This document shows positions 10,549 through 20,959 of a stretch of 64,000 bases of DNA, in pieces. Location: assembly GCA_963841435.1 (NCBI GenBank), contig CAWJCS010000006.1, positions 832,001 to 896,000 of the forward strand, written 5' to 3'. Within the stretch, counting starts at the first letter, position 1; each line of letters starts with the position of its first letter. The stretch comes from an uncultured delta proteobacterium. GTDB lineage: Bacteria > Myxococcota_A > Polyangia > Polyangiales > Polyangiaceae. Both the position numbers and the translations under genes were made by a program. The notes beneath the pieces are model-generated. The model saw only the letters and a list, made by a program, of their open reading frames with translations, was not told the origin of the DNA and made no database searches.

Positions 10549-10956
10549 ATGGATGGGCTCATCGGGTGGATTGTCATCGCCAGCGTCGTAAGCTCGATTG
10601 TTGGCGTCCTCTTCTGGGTAGCAATTGCCGTGTTCGCGGCCAAGGCAGCCGCCGAGGTGGCGCGCTCGGGCGGTGGGGGACCGTGGCCCGCCGCCGGCGT
10701 CGGCGGCCTCGACCCTCAATTCTTGCGCGCCATGCAGCAGCTTTCCGCGATCATCGCTCAGGCGCAGGCGGGACAGCGCGGCTCGAACAACGACGGTGCC
10801 ATGCAAGGCCAGTTCGCTTCCCAGATGCTGGCTGCCCAGCGCCAGTTTCACGCTCTCGATGATCTGAGCCGGCAAAAGCACGAAACGTTCGTGAGCGGCA
10901 TGCTGAGTGACGCCTCGGCGGCCGGTCTCGACGTGAGCGGTTGGAACATCAAGTAG
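10549..10956 (+). CDS. Small membrane protein of unknown function
   Basis: GGAGG RBS; long N-terminal hydrophobic helix; Gln-rich helical C-terminus. Confidence 0.75.
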   Translation: MDGLIGWIVIASVVSSIVGVLFWVAIAVFAAKAAAEVARSGGGGPWPAAGVGGLDPQFLRAMQQLSAIIAQAQAGQRGSNNDGAMQGQFASQMLAAQRQFHALDDLSRQKHETFVSGMLSDASAAGLDVSGWNIK

Positions 10957-10986
10957 CGTGCCGCTCTGGCCTGCGGAGGACGATCC

Positions 10987-13249
10987 ATGCTGACGGATGA
11001 GCTCATGCAGCGCCGGGATCGCGCGGCACAGCGTCACGATCGCGCACTCGATCGCTTTCCCGATCGCGCCGGGGCGACCTTCGAAAGGGAGCTCGACGCC
11101 GTCATCGAAGAGCTCTGTGCCGTGTGCGCGCAAATCGGCGGCGATGAGCGAGGCGCCGAGGTCGTGCGCTCCTTCACCTGGCTCGCGGACGCCTGTTTCG
11201 ATCGCGGTCTCGGACGAGACCCGGTCTGGCTGGAGAAGGGCCGGGGCTACTACCTCCGCGCGGAGGCGTCGCTTGGCAGCGGAGACCTCTTGCTCAGGGC
11301 TAAGCTCGACTACAACCTCGGCAACACCCTTCGCGGTCTGAGCGAGGGGAGCAAGCTCCCCCTGCTGAGGGAAGCAGAAGGGCGGTACCGCCTCGCCCTC
11401 GATCTCTTCCGCAAGCATGCGCCGAATCTGGTTGCGGCCGGGGAGACAGCCGTCGCCTCGATCACCCAGCAGCGCGCGCTGGCCGAGCGCTTGGCCGGCA
11501 TGGCGAGCGGACTCGCGGAGTTGCAGACCATTGAAGCGCAAGCTAGCTCTGGCGACGAGGAGGGTGCGGCCGCAGCGCTCAAAGCCTTCGCCGCCAGCGC
11601 GCCCAGTGCGGAGTCGGCTGTGCAGGGCCTCGGCCAGGAGCTCGATATGATGGCGGCGACGCTCGGTCTGCCCGTGGGGTTCGTCCAGGCGGCCAAAGAG
11701 CAGTTCTACGAGGAGGCCGCCAAGGTTGGGCTCGGTGCCTCGGCGCCCATGCGCGCCATTTTCGGTCAGCTCGAAAGCCGCTATCGCGCCGACGTCAGCT
11801 CCGGAAAGGTGAGCGCCGCTCGGCAAGAGGTCATCGAGAGCACGATCGCCCAGCTCCGTGACCTCCTGGTCGAGCAACCTCACGAAGATCCCACGGCGAT
11901 GGCCTCGTGGTTGGCTCGCATGCGCGCGCTGATGGGCCAGTTCGTCGAGACGATCGAGAACCCCAGCTCCGGATCTCAGGCAAACCAGACGCTGGAGGGC
12001 CGTTACGCTCGATTTCGCGCCGTCGTGTCGGAGGAGGAGCGGCAGCCTCAGCGCTACCACGGAGAACGGGACACGACGGGGCAGATCTTCGTCGAGCTCG
12101 CCAAGCTCAGCGAAACCATCGCGAGATTCGAACTCGGACGCCCAGCGGGCGCTCGCCGTCGAGCGAGACCGGCTAAGACCCCTGGCGGGGCGCTGGCGCG
12201 AATACACGCTGCGGCACCACCTAATCCTTGCCCAGCCCGACCGCTGGTCGCGTGACTCGGTCCAGGTGGAAAGCAATACGATTGCCTACTTCGGGGATGC
12301 TCGGACGGCGCCGCACATCGTTAGCTACTGCCGGGAGCAGGGGTTCCGGCTCTTCGACGCCGGTAACCTCGATCCCTCCGCGGCGGTCTGGTCCGCCGTG
12401 CGTTCGGCGGCAGTCGTCGTGGCAAAGCTCCAGGGCCCGCGGGGCCCCGCGTGGGCAGGGACTTGCTACGCGCTCGGACTGGCGGGCTGCACCGGTGTTC
12501 CGGTCGTGCTCCTCACCGAGCCGGGTCAGGCCCCGCCGTTCGACCTGGACGCTCCCCCCATTGTGCTCGAGGAGGGCGGCAACCTGGCGGCAGAGCTCGC
12601 CGAGCGGATTGACGCCGCGCTCTACGCGCGTCGGGCGCTCGATGCCAGCGAGAGCACCGTCGCTGCGACGGTCTCGGCGGCGCGTTCCATGTTCGAGGGA
12701 GGCCTCGGCGGAACGCTGTTCATCAATTTGAAGGGTGAAAGCGCCGAGGACCCGGTGCACGTGCGGGCGCTCCTCGTCCAGGCGTTGGGCGTCACCGGGC
12801 GCGGTGCGCCGCTGCTGCTCACGCCCGCCGTTCCGGTGCCATACCCCGCACCAAGCGAGCGCTCGTGCTTTCACGTGACGCCCTTCGATCGCCCCGGCAA
12901 GGCCGCTCGCTTCGAGGCCGTGCGTGCGCTCGCCCGTCGCGCGTGCGCTGACGCGGGCATCACCTACCTCCACGGCGACGAGGCGGCCGATGGCCGCATC
13001 TTGCGCGCCATCTGGAACGACATCGGCCGCTCCGAGCACGTGCTCGTCGACCTTACCGATCAGAACCCCAACGTCGCCTACGAGCTTGGCATCGCGCACG
13101 CGCTCGGCCGCAAAGTCCTCGCCATCGGCCAAGCCGGCAGCGAAAAGGCACTCTTTCCGTCCATCGCCAAGGAACGCATCACCCCTTATGCGCCAGCAGC
13201 ACCCGACGAGGCCCTCGCGCCGGTGCTGAAGCGGTTCCTGGGCGGCTAA
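10987..13249 (+). CDS. TPR-like helical protein with two C-terminal nucleoside 2-deoxyribosyltransferase (NDT)/TIR-like domains; frameshift near 12127
   Basis: GGAGG RBS; AKLDYNLGNTL TPR-like helix; +1 frame open across the junction into the 12266 ORF; VLVDLTDQNPNVAYELGIAHALGRKVL signature. Confidence 0.7.
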
Positions 13250-13541
13250 GCCGCTTGCCGAACGCAGTCGCGCTAAGGGGTGTCGCAACCGCCGGCGAGC
13301 GTCGCCATGCTGTCGAGCCACTCGCGCTTGCGAGAAAGAGGTCGTCCCGCGCCCGCCGCCTGATCCGAGCGCTACCGCGCCGCCGCCGGCTCCGGGTGAT
13401 CGGGGACGGCGCGGCTGACCGCGGCGGGTCTGAGCTCCGCGAGTCCCCGCTAGGTTCCCGGGCCCCAATCGCCTTCCGGACCTCCAGCCTCTCGCCCGCG
13501 CTTTCGACGACCCGCACGGCGCGAGCTAGCTTCCCCGAGCG

Positions 13542-14387
13542 ATGCAACCAGGTGAGGAGAGCAAGACCGCGATCATGGTGTGCGCCGCCCGGGCGCTCGC
13601 CCACGGCTTGGTCGACGAGCCGCGCTTTTCGGATCCGACCGCGCTCGTGCTCTTGCCGGACGACGAGCGACGCCGGGTCGAGCACCTGCGTACGGCGGAG
13701 GTGCCGCGCGCCTTGGGGGCACGGGTCAAGCGCGCGTTCACCGAGGGACGGTCGAAGACGATGGTGGCACGTACCGTCGCCATCGACGACGTGGTGCGTG
13801 AGGCGGCGTCGCCAGAGCTCGTGATCCTCGGCGCCGGGCTCGACGGGCGCGCGTTTCGCATGCCCGAGCTCGCGCGCACCATCGTGTTCGAGGTCGATCA
13901 TCCCGATTCGCAGCGGAAGAAGCGCGAGCGCGCGGCCGGGCTCGTGCCGACGGCGGCTGAGCTCCGTTTCGTTCCGGTCGATTTCCGAACGGACGATCTG
14001 GACGCCGCGCTCACGGTCTCGGGCCACGATCCGAGGCTCCCCACGACCTGGATCTGGGAGGGCGTGGTCATGTACCTGACGCTCGCCGAGATCGAGGCGA
14101 CGCTCGCGGTGATCGCGCGCCGCTCGGCGGCCGGGAGCTGCCTCGTCATCGTCTACCACGCTCCAGCGTGGGTGCTCAGGATCGTGGGTGGCGTCACCCG
14201 GCGGCTCGGCGAGCCTCTGCGCTCCTCGTTCCGCCCGGAGGGGATGCGCGTGCTGCTCGCCAGGCACGGCTTTCGCGCCACGAGCGATGCCAGCATCGCT
14301 ACCATCGGCGCCGAGCTCTCGCCCTCGGTCGCGCGCGCCACGCGACCGATCACGCACCTCCGGCTGGTCACGTCCGTGCGCGACTGA
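13542..14387 (+). CDS. Class I SAM-dependent methyltransferase (leucine carboxyl methyltransferase-like)
   Basis: RTVAIDD, LVILGAGLDGRAFR, VFEVDHP, FVPVDF, WIWEGVVMYL. Confidence 0.9.
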   Translation: MQPGEESKTAIMVCAARALAHGLVDEPRFSDPTALVLLPDDERRRVEHLRTAEVPRALGARVKRAFTEGRSKTMVARTVAIDDVVREAASPELVILGAGLDGRAFRMPELARTIVFEVDHPDSQRKKRERAAGLVPTAAELRFVPVDFRTDDLDAALTVSGHDPRLPTTWIWEGVVMYLTLAEIEATLAVIARRSAAGSCLVIVYHAPAWVLRIVGGVTRRLGEPLRSSFRPEGMRVLLARHGFRATSDASIATIGAELSPSVARATRPITHLRLVTSVRD

Positions 14388-14430
14388 AGCGGTGACACCG
14401 CTTGCAACCCGTCGTTCAGGACTGGGGCTT

Positions 14431-15591
14431 TCAGTCGTCCGACGGATCCGCCATGTCGGGATCGTCGGCGCGAGCGCGCACGTGCTCGGCGAACTTCGCG
14501 CGCTGCTCGGGAGTCAGGATGGCGAGCACGGTCTGCACGAACGCGACGCGCTCCTTCGCCATGGCCTTGGCCATGTCCGGCGCTCGGGTTCCGACACCCG
14601 CCTTCTTGGCGTCGAACTTGTCGCCTTCGAAGGCGTCACCGAGGCCCTTCATGTGCTTCATGGCCGCTTGCATGGTGCTTTTCATGGACGCCTGGCGGGT
14701 TTTCATCTGCGCCTCGAGCTTGGTGCGAAGCTTGCCCTTTTGCTCGCTCGTCAGGCCAAGGTCCTTGGCCAGCATCTCGACCACACGCCCGGCGTGCATG
14801 CCCGGACCCTGTGGTCCACCGGGTCCCATGCCCGGGCCAGGACCGCCCTTTTCGTGCATGCCGGGTCCGCCCTTTTCGTGCATGCCGGGACCGCCCTTTT
14901 CGTGCATGCCGGGTCCAGGACCGCCCTTTTCGTGCATGCCGGGTCCAGGACCGTCCTTTTCGTGCATGCCGGGTCCCCCGGATCCCATGCCGCCAGGTCC
15001 CATGCCGTGCTCGCCCATGCCCCTGCCCCGTTCGCGCAGGGCGGCGACGAGCTTCTTGCGCTGGTCCGCGTCGAGCGTCTTGTGCAGGCGATTCATCGCG
15101 TCCTGCACGGTCGGCGTCGTGGCGGCGATCGCGGTGCCGATCGCGCGAACGTCAGCGTCCGTCTTCGCGCGATCGATCTTGCCGGCAGCGACGCCGTCGG
15201 CAAGGTCACTGGTGAGCTTCTGACGCGGCTCCTTGCCAGCGTCGGCAACCTTCTCGAGGTCGCCTTCGATACCGTTGACGGCCGACTGCTGGTCCGCCCT
15301 GAGCTCGAGCGAGTCGAGCGTCATGATGAACATGTCGGCCATCGTGTGCGAATGCGTGCGGTGCCTGTGGGTCGCGGCAGGTGTGGCGACGGGCGCGGGC
15401 GCTGGTGCGGGCGCGCTTTCCGGCGCTTCCGCCGCGGCGACGGGTGCCGGAGCTTCAGAAGGTGGCGGGGGCGGAGCCTCGGCAGCTGACGACGGGCCCG
15501 TAGATGCTTGTCCGCTCATCGTACACGCCGGCAGCCCGCAGGCGGCGAGTAGGACGAGGACAGCCTGACAGGATCCGATTGGTTTTCTCAT
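14431..15591 (-). CDS. Spy/CpxP (LTXXQ)-type periplasmic lipoprotein with Met/His-rich repeats
   Basis: LPAC lipobox; LDADQRKKL, LGLTSEQK, ILTPEQRAKF; five PGMHEK(D/G)G repeats. Confidence 0.75.
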   Translation of the reverse strand: MRKPIGSCQAVLVLLAACGLPACTMSGQASTGPSSAAEAPPPPPSEAPAPVAAAEAPESAPAPAPAPVATPAATHRHRTHSHTMADMFIMTLDSLELRADQQSAVNGIEGDLEKVADAGKEPRQKLTSDLADGVAAGKIDRAKTDADVRAIGTAIAATTPTVQDAMNRLHKTLDADQRKKLVAALRERGRGMGEHGMGPGGMGSGGPGMHEKDGPGPGMHEKGGPGPGMHEKGGPGMHEKGGPGMHEKGGPGPGMGPGGPQGPGMHAGRVVEMLAKDLGLTSEQKGKLRTKLEAQMKTRQASMKSTMQAAMKHMKGLGDAFEGDKFDAKKAGVGTRAPDMAKAMAKERVAFVQTVLAILTPEQRAKFAEHVRARADDPDMADPSDD

Positions 15592-15793
15592 GGCGCTCTC
15601 CGAGCCCGGAGCCTGCTCCGATCCGGGCCCCGCCGGCAAGCGCGACTGCCCATCGGAGCGCGTGGGGCGGGCGACACGGGCGCGAAACCCGCACCTCGTC
15701 ACGAGGGCGAGCCAGCTGGTCGAGCATCACCACGCCTCGTCACGGCGCGCAAAGTAGCCGTCCGCCGCCTGCAAACAGCGCGTCCCCGCGCAG

Positions 15794-16894
15794 TCACGGA
15801 CTCTGGCGTCCGTCGGCGACGGCGTCGAAGTCGAGGACCGCCTTCAGCAGGCGCCCTCGGCGTTGCACGCCGCCCGTGTTCACCGCCATGATCAGACTGA
15901 AGTAGCCGTCGAGCAAGCGATGAACGCGAGCGTCGACGGGGCCGTACTTGGCCTCGTATCGCTCGCGAAATCGGGTTTGCCAATCGCGGGCTCGAAACAG
16001 CGATAGCCCCGGTTCGTCCCAGCGCACGCGGTAGCGATAGTCGCCGCCCTCGTCGAATCCGCCGACCTCCACCCACTCCGCGCGCAGCGCCAGGAGCTCA
16101 CCCTTCGCATACGATTCGTATTTGACGAGATCGAACAGCGGGGGACCCTCGACGACCCCGGCAACCGACACCGGGTCGATCAACACGAGCCGCTGGCCGT
16201 CCTCCGAAGCGCCCCTCAGCGGCCGCCAGAGCAGATTCTCGAGGAATAGGTCCCCGTGCAGGCGAACCTGGGGCGCCGCGTCCAGAGCCGCGAGCAGCGT
16301 GGCATCAGCGCGAAAGCGCGCGAACGATGCGCGCGCGCCGCGCCGCAACCCGCCATCGAAGCGTAGCTCTGGCGCGCCGATCACCGGTGCGAGCACGGGA
16401 TCGGTCTCGAGAGAGCCCAGCGCTTGCTCCACCGCCATCACGACATGCACCGACAGCGGCTCGCCAACCGCCGCGACGGGGACGTGCACCTGCTCGAAGA
16501 CGGACTGTGCGAGCACGTCCTCTAGCTCGTCGATCTCCCGCTGCGAAAGCGTGCCCTGGCGCGCCAGTTGCCCGCCGTCGACGTGCTCCGCGAAGAACGG
16601 CACCTCGTAGCCGACGCGGGGCGGCTCCGCGCTCGCGTCGTCCCAGCTCGCCAAGAGGGGCGGAAACGCCGCGCGCGCCGCTTCGGGCAGCGTCTTCAGG
16701 TACGCGATCTCCCGCCGCAACGCGCCAACGCCCCACGGGCCCGGCGGAGCGCTTCCCTTCGAGCTCTTTCGCACCCGGAGCGAGCCGTCGGCAAGCTCGA
16801 CGACCTCCGTACGCTCCCAGTAGCCGTCACGGAGCACGCGTACGACGCGCCGGCTCGCCCCGCTCTCGGCGCCGAGACTCGCCGCTTCCGTCAT
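15794..16894 (-). CDS. Aminoglycoside phosphotransferase/kinase-like protein
   Basis: VRKSS (catalytic Lys), LRREIAYL, RLHGDLFLENLLW, LVLIDP, DLVK. Confidence 0.75.
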   Translation of the reverse strand: MTEAASLGAESGASRRVVRVLRDGYWERTEVVELADGSLRVRKSSKGSAPPGPWGVGALRREIAYLKTLPEAARAAFPPLLASWDDASAEPPRVGYEVPFFAEHVDGGQLARQGTLSQREIDELEDVLAQSVFEQVHVPVAAVGEPLSVHVVMAVEQALGSLETDPVLAPVIGAPELRFDGGLRRGARASFARFRADATLLAALDAAPQVRLHGDLFLENLLWRPLRGASEDGQRLVLIDPVSVAGVVEGPPLFDLVKYESYAKGELLALRAEWVEVGGFDEGGDYRYRVRWDEPGLSLFRARDWQTRFRERYEAKYGPVDARVHRLLDGYFSLIMAVNTGGVQRRGRLLKAVLDFDAVADGRQSP

Positions 16895-17010
16895 GGGCTT
16901 GCCGCGCTCGACGCTGCAGGGCGCACGCCGCGTGACCGTGCGCGAAGTCGCGCGCGCGCCGACACCCGGCGTTCACCCCGAGGCCGTCTGCTAGAGTCGA
17001 GCCCGGCGCC

Positions 17011-17754
17011 ATGGCCTCTGTGCCTGACATCATCCGCAACGCGGAGGGCGAACGCCTCGACTTCACGTTCCACGAAGGAAGCGACTCGAGCAGTCCGGTC
17101 GTCGTGATCGGTCACGGTGTGACGGGCCACAAAGATCGCCCCTTCCTCGTCGCGCTCGCCGAGGGGCTGTCGCGCGCGGGGATCGCAGCGCTGCGGCTGT
17201 CGTTTTCCGGCAACGCTGGCTCGGAAGGTCGCTTCGCAGAATCGACCATCTCGAAGGAAGTCCGCGACCTCGCGTCCGTGCTGGACGCGCTCGGCGGCCG
17301 CAAAATCGCCTACGCGGGGCACAGCATGGGCGGGGTGGTGGGCGTGCTCGGCGCTCGCCGAGACCCGAGGATCCGCGTCCTCGTCTCGCTCGCGGCGATC
17401 GTGCACACGCGTGCTTTCGCCGAGCGTGCTTTCGGCCACCTCGAACCTGGCACGGGGTTGATGTTCGACAAGCCCGGCTGCGTGCTCTCGCAAGCGTATC
17501 TCGACGACCTTCGAATCATCGATTCGGTCGTCGCGCATGCCGGGGAGGTTACCGTGCCCTGGCTGTTCGTGCACGGCACGCGCGACGAGCTCGTTCCCAT
17601 CAACGACACGCACGATGCCCACGCGCGAGCGCGGGCGCCCACGCGACTCGTCGTGCTGGACGAGGCCGATCACGTCTTCGAGCCCGGCCTCACGCCGCGG
17701 ATGGTCGAAGCCGTCGTCGAGTTCTGCCGCACGAACCTGCTCGCGGCGCGCTAA
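17011..17754 (+). CDS. Alpha/beta hydrolase
   Basis: HGVTG, GHSMGG nucleophile elbow, HGTRDELVP, ADHVF triad residues. Confidence 0.9.
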   Translation: MASVPDIIRNAEGERLDFTFHEGSDSSSPVVVIGHGVTGHKDRPFLVALAEGLSRAGIAALRLSFSGNAGSEGRFAESTISKEVRDLASVLDALGGRKIAYAGHSMGGVVGVLGARRDPRIRVLVSLAAIVHTRAFAERAFGHLEPGTGLMFDKPGCVLSQAYLDDLRIIDSVVAHAGEVTVPWLFVHGTRDELVPINDTHDAHARARAPTRLVVLDEADHVFEPGLTPRMVEAVVEFCRTNLLAAR

Positions 17755-18022
17755 CACTACTGTCAGAGATTCGCGTTTCCTTCGAGAAATTCGCAGATTG
17801 GCGAGCGGCGAACTTTTCGGACGGCGGCGCCCACGTCTTGCGTCCATTTCGTGCTCGAAGACGGCCGCCCGCTGGCCGCGCCAGTTGCTTTCGTGGCTCA
17901 TGTTCTCTCTGCCGGATCGTGATCTGTTCCTCCAAGACTCTGACAGTAGTGCTAATGCACCGCTCATCGAATCCGAACGACCCATCGTGGACGACGGTTC
18001 TGCTCGTCACGTGTGCGGCGCG

Positions 18023-18580
18023 CTACGGACGCCCGAGCTGCTCGAACACCTCGCGATAGAAATCCGCGTGGCTGCCCCAGGTCTGGCCCGTGATGATGCG
18101 GCCGTCGCGTACGCACTCCTGGTTCTTCCATTCTCCGCCGCAGGCCTCGAGCTCGAAACGCACGTTCTCGTAACAGGTGAGCTTCATGCCGCGACCGAGA
18201 CCCGCCGCAAGCAGGATCTGAATGCCGTGACAGATCGACAGAATCCACTTCTCCTGTCGATGGAAGGTCTGCACGATCGAGATGAGCTTGGGATTGTGGC
18301 GCAAAAATTCGGGGGCACGACCGCCGATCAGAAGCACCGCCGCGTAATCGTCGACCTTCACGTCATCGAACGTGATGTCGCTCTCGATGAGGTAGCCGGG
18401 CTTCTCGATGTACGTGTTCCAGCCGGGATAAAAGTCGTGAATCACCGCGTTGAGCCGCTTCTTCTGCGTGGAGGCAATGACGGGGACGAAGCCCGCCTCC
18501 CGAAAGCGCTGCTGCGCATAGAGGATCTCGAAGGATTCGCCAGCGTCGTCCGTCACGATGAGGATCTTCTTCCCACTCAT
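18023..18580 (-). CDS. DJ-1/PfpI family protein
   Basis: KKILIV, ESFE, GGRAPEFLR, SICHGIQIL. Confidence 0.92.
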   Translation of the reverse strand: MSGKKILIVTDDAGESFEILYAQQRFREAGFVPVIASTQKKRLNAVIHDFYPGWNTYIEKPGYLIESDITFDDVKVDDYAAVLLIGGRAPEFLRHNPKLISIVQTFHRQEKWILSICHGIQILLAAGLGRGMKLTCYENVRFELEACGGEWKNQECVRDGRIITGQTWGSHADFYREVFEQLGRP

Positions 18581-18723
18581 GGTGAGTTTTCATACCGCAG
18601 CCCCGTGACCGCGTCGACCGCCGTCGGAAAGTAGACGCACCGCCTCGCGGACCGCGCGCCACGCTCACTCGACTTCATCGAGGCGGGAAAACTGCGCCCA
18701 GGGTCGGTGGGGGGGACGCACGG

Positions 18724-20763
18724 CTACTTTCCGTACCCGGCCGCGACCACGTTGGCCTGAACCTTGTCTTCCGTCGCGTCGGAAGGATAGCCAGTGACGA
18801 TGCATCCTTCGTAGAACGTGCCGTCGCTCAGGTTCGCGCCTCCGCTCGGTTTGCAGCAGTCTCCTCCGCTGCCGAGCACGATGGCGCCCTGTTTCTTCAT
18901 CGGGCTCCACCCACCGGGCAGGCCCCCCTTGTAGTAGGTGCTCAACGCACCCGCTGCCGCGTCGCCACCCCTGAGCGAATACTCGGTCGTTCCGTTGTTC
19001 TTCAGCACGGCGGTGACGTAGGTGCTGGTCTGGGACGGGTCGTTCTGGTTCTTTCCCGAGCTGCCCTGGGAAAAGAGCCCGTACTCGAGATCGGCGAGCA
19101 CCCATGGGCCAGAGCCCGCGCCGGTGCCCCAAGCGGTGATGGAGCTCAGATTGAGGGCGTCCATCGTTCCGGCTCCGTCCGCGTTGCGGTCGGTTTCGCT
19201 GTTGCCGTAGTCGAAGCAGCAGCCAGAGTTGTAGTGCTTGCCGCTCGTCACCATGTACATGCCCTCGGGCTCATTGCCCGTCGCGATGCCCGACGTCGAA
19301 GCGTCAACCCAGTAGCTGTTGCCTGGGTTGATGTAGAGCGAGTAAACCTTGTGACCGCCGACGTTCAGCGATTCGGTCGTCGCTTTGGCCGGGCTGCTCT
19401 GCGGCGAGCCAGGGACTTGCGTCGAGCCCTGGTACCAGAGGTCGTTGCCGTTTCCTGATTGGTCGTAGACGGCCGTGATGACGCACGTGGTTCCCGAACA
19501 GAACTCGTCCTGCGAGACGCCATCGGCGATCCCACCGGGCGCCAGCGTCAGGATGTCCTTGGTCATGCCGCCCGAGTTGCGCACCTGGTAGAGCTTGCCG
19601 TTGTAGGCTCCGAAGAGGGCCCGGGTCGTGCTGTGCGCTGCGACGCAAGGGTTGCCTGCCGCCTGGTAGATATCGCAGGGCTCTTCGCTGCCCCCGCCCG
19701 CCGCCCCCGCCATGCCGGCCATACCCGCCGCGCCGGCGCCCATGCCACCCGCGCCCATGCCGCCCGCGCCCATGCCGCCCGCGCCCATGCCGCCCGCGCC
19801 CATGCCACCCGCGCCCATGCCACCCGCGCCCATGCCACCCGCGCCCATGCCGCCCGCGCCCATGCCACCAGCACCACCAGCGCCGCTGACCTCAACTTTC
19901 GCGAGCACGATCGTGCCGGACGTCGTCGGCTTCGTGCTTTGCGGGGTCCAGGTCATCGTGTTGCCCGAAACGCAGTACGAGTGCTTCGTGTCGCCCGAGT
20001 CGCCCGTGATCGTGATCGTGTTGTTCGCGGTCGTGTAGTTTCCGCCCGTGGACGGTGCGAACGATACGACGCCGAGCCCGCCGTTCTGGTGAACGGTGCC
20101 CGAGCAGTTGCACCCGCCGCCGTCGGCGTCCGTGCAAGTGAGCGACGAGTAGCCCGCATTGACGAGGAGGTTTGCAGCCCCCTCGCAAGTCACGGGAGCC
20201 GAAGAGATGATCAGGCACGACGGCGCCAGAGTGAACTGTTCGCTGCCCGACGTGATCGTCTCGTCCAAATACGAGCCATCCTGCTTGGCGGTCCACGTTC
20301 CGGTCACTTGTAGGGACCCCGTGACCGGGGCGGACAGGCAGCCCGCACCGAACAAGGACAGATCGAGCTCGCCGCCAACGTCGAGGCACGACGACATCAC
20401 GGTCCAGGTGCCGACAACGTCCCCGCCGCACGCCGTGGCGCCGTCGCAACTCCCGACCGATCCGCTACTTCCCCCGCTCGCCGGGCTTCCGCCTGCACCG
20501 AGGCTGCCCCCATTGCCCGCCCCGGCGAAAGTGCCTGCTCCTCCTCCGACGCCGGAGCCAGCGCGTCCGCCTGCTCCGGCGCCTGCGGTTCCGCCCGTAC
20601 CCGGCGAGCCGTTGGAGTTGGTCCCGCACCCACCCGAAACACCGGCGAACACCATCGCCGTTGCGAGGGCCCCGCGCTTCAATTGAGTCGAAAGATTTCC
20701 GTCCGACGAGAACCTCCGGGCTGCAGAGGCGCGTTTGAGCCAAAACGGGTGCCAACTTTTCAT
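18724..20763 (-). CDS. abfB: GH54 alpha-L-arabinofuranosidase B catalytic domain lipoprotein with an extra Cys-rich domain
   Basis: PCDIY.AAGNPCVAAHSTTRAL, EPEGMYMV, HYNSGCCFDYGNSE, GPWVLADLEYG, GAIVLGSGGD, GTFYEG; start uncertain. Confidence 0.88.
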   Translation of the reverse strand: MKSWHPFWLKRASAARRFSSDGNLSTQLKRGALATAMVFAGVSGGCGTNSNGSPGTGGTAGAGAGGRAGSGVGGGAGTFAGAGNGGSLGAGGSPASGGSSGSVGSCDGATACGGDVVGTWTVMSSCLDVGGELDLSLFGAGCLSAPVTGSLQVTGTWTAKQDGSYLDETITSGSEQFTLAPSCLIISSAPVTCEGAANLLVNAGYSSLTCTDADGGGCNCSGTVHQNGGLGVVSFAPSTGGNYTTANNTITITGDSGDTKHSYCVSGNTMTWTPQSTKPTTSGTIVLAKVEVSGAGGAGGMGAGGMGAGGMGAGGMGAGGMGAGGMGAGGMGAGGMGAGGMGAGAAGMAGMAGAAGGGSEEPCDIYQAAGNPCVAAHSTTRALFGAYNGKLYQVRNSGGMTKDILTLAPGGIADGVSQDEFCSGTTCVITAVYDQSGNGNDLWYQGSTQVPGSPQSSPAKATTESLNVGGHKVYSLYINPGNSYWVDASTSGIATGNEPEGMYMVTSGKHYNSGCCFDYGNSETDRNADGAGTMDALNLSSITAWGTGAGSGPWVLADLEYGLFSQGSSGKNQNDPSQTSTYVTAVLKNNGTTEYSLRGGDAAAGALSTYYKGGLPGGWSPMKKQGAIVLGSGGDCCKPSGGANLSDGTFYEGCIVTGYPSDATEDKVQANVVAAGYGK
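19736..19870. repeat. Nine tandem 15-bp units encoding GAGGM
   Basis: gcgcccatgccRccc x9 (last unit ends in a). Confidence 0.9.
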
Positions 20764-20959
20764 TGAGTGCGACCTCTGGAAGACGCTTCCGTAGAGGTTA
20801 TTGCGCGCTGCCGCCATGAATTGCCTCGCGCCGAGGCGAATTCCGAATCCCGGGGCGCAACCCTTGCGTCTCGCCGAGCTTGCTGCGCTCGCGACATCGC
20901 GGCGCTGAAGCCGCGCTACGCTCAGCTCGCCGGTTCGATTCGACGAGCGTCAGCGTCGG

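Noticed and set aside
12100-12270. Programmed ribosomal frameshift
   Set aside because: No slippery heptamer seen; fits the window-wide single-base indel pattern better
14840-14975. Short tandem repeats here and at 19736-19870, 26630-26770 and 41640-41720 as non-coding arrays
   Set aside because: Unit lengths are multiples of 3 and lie in protein linkers
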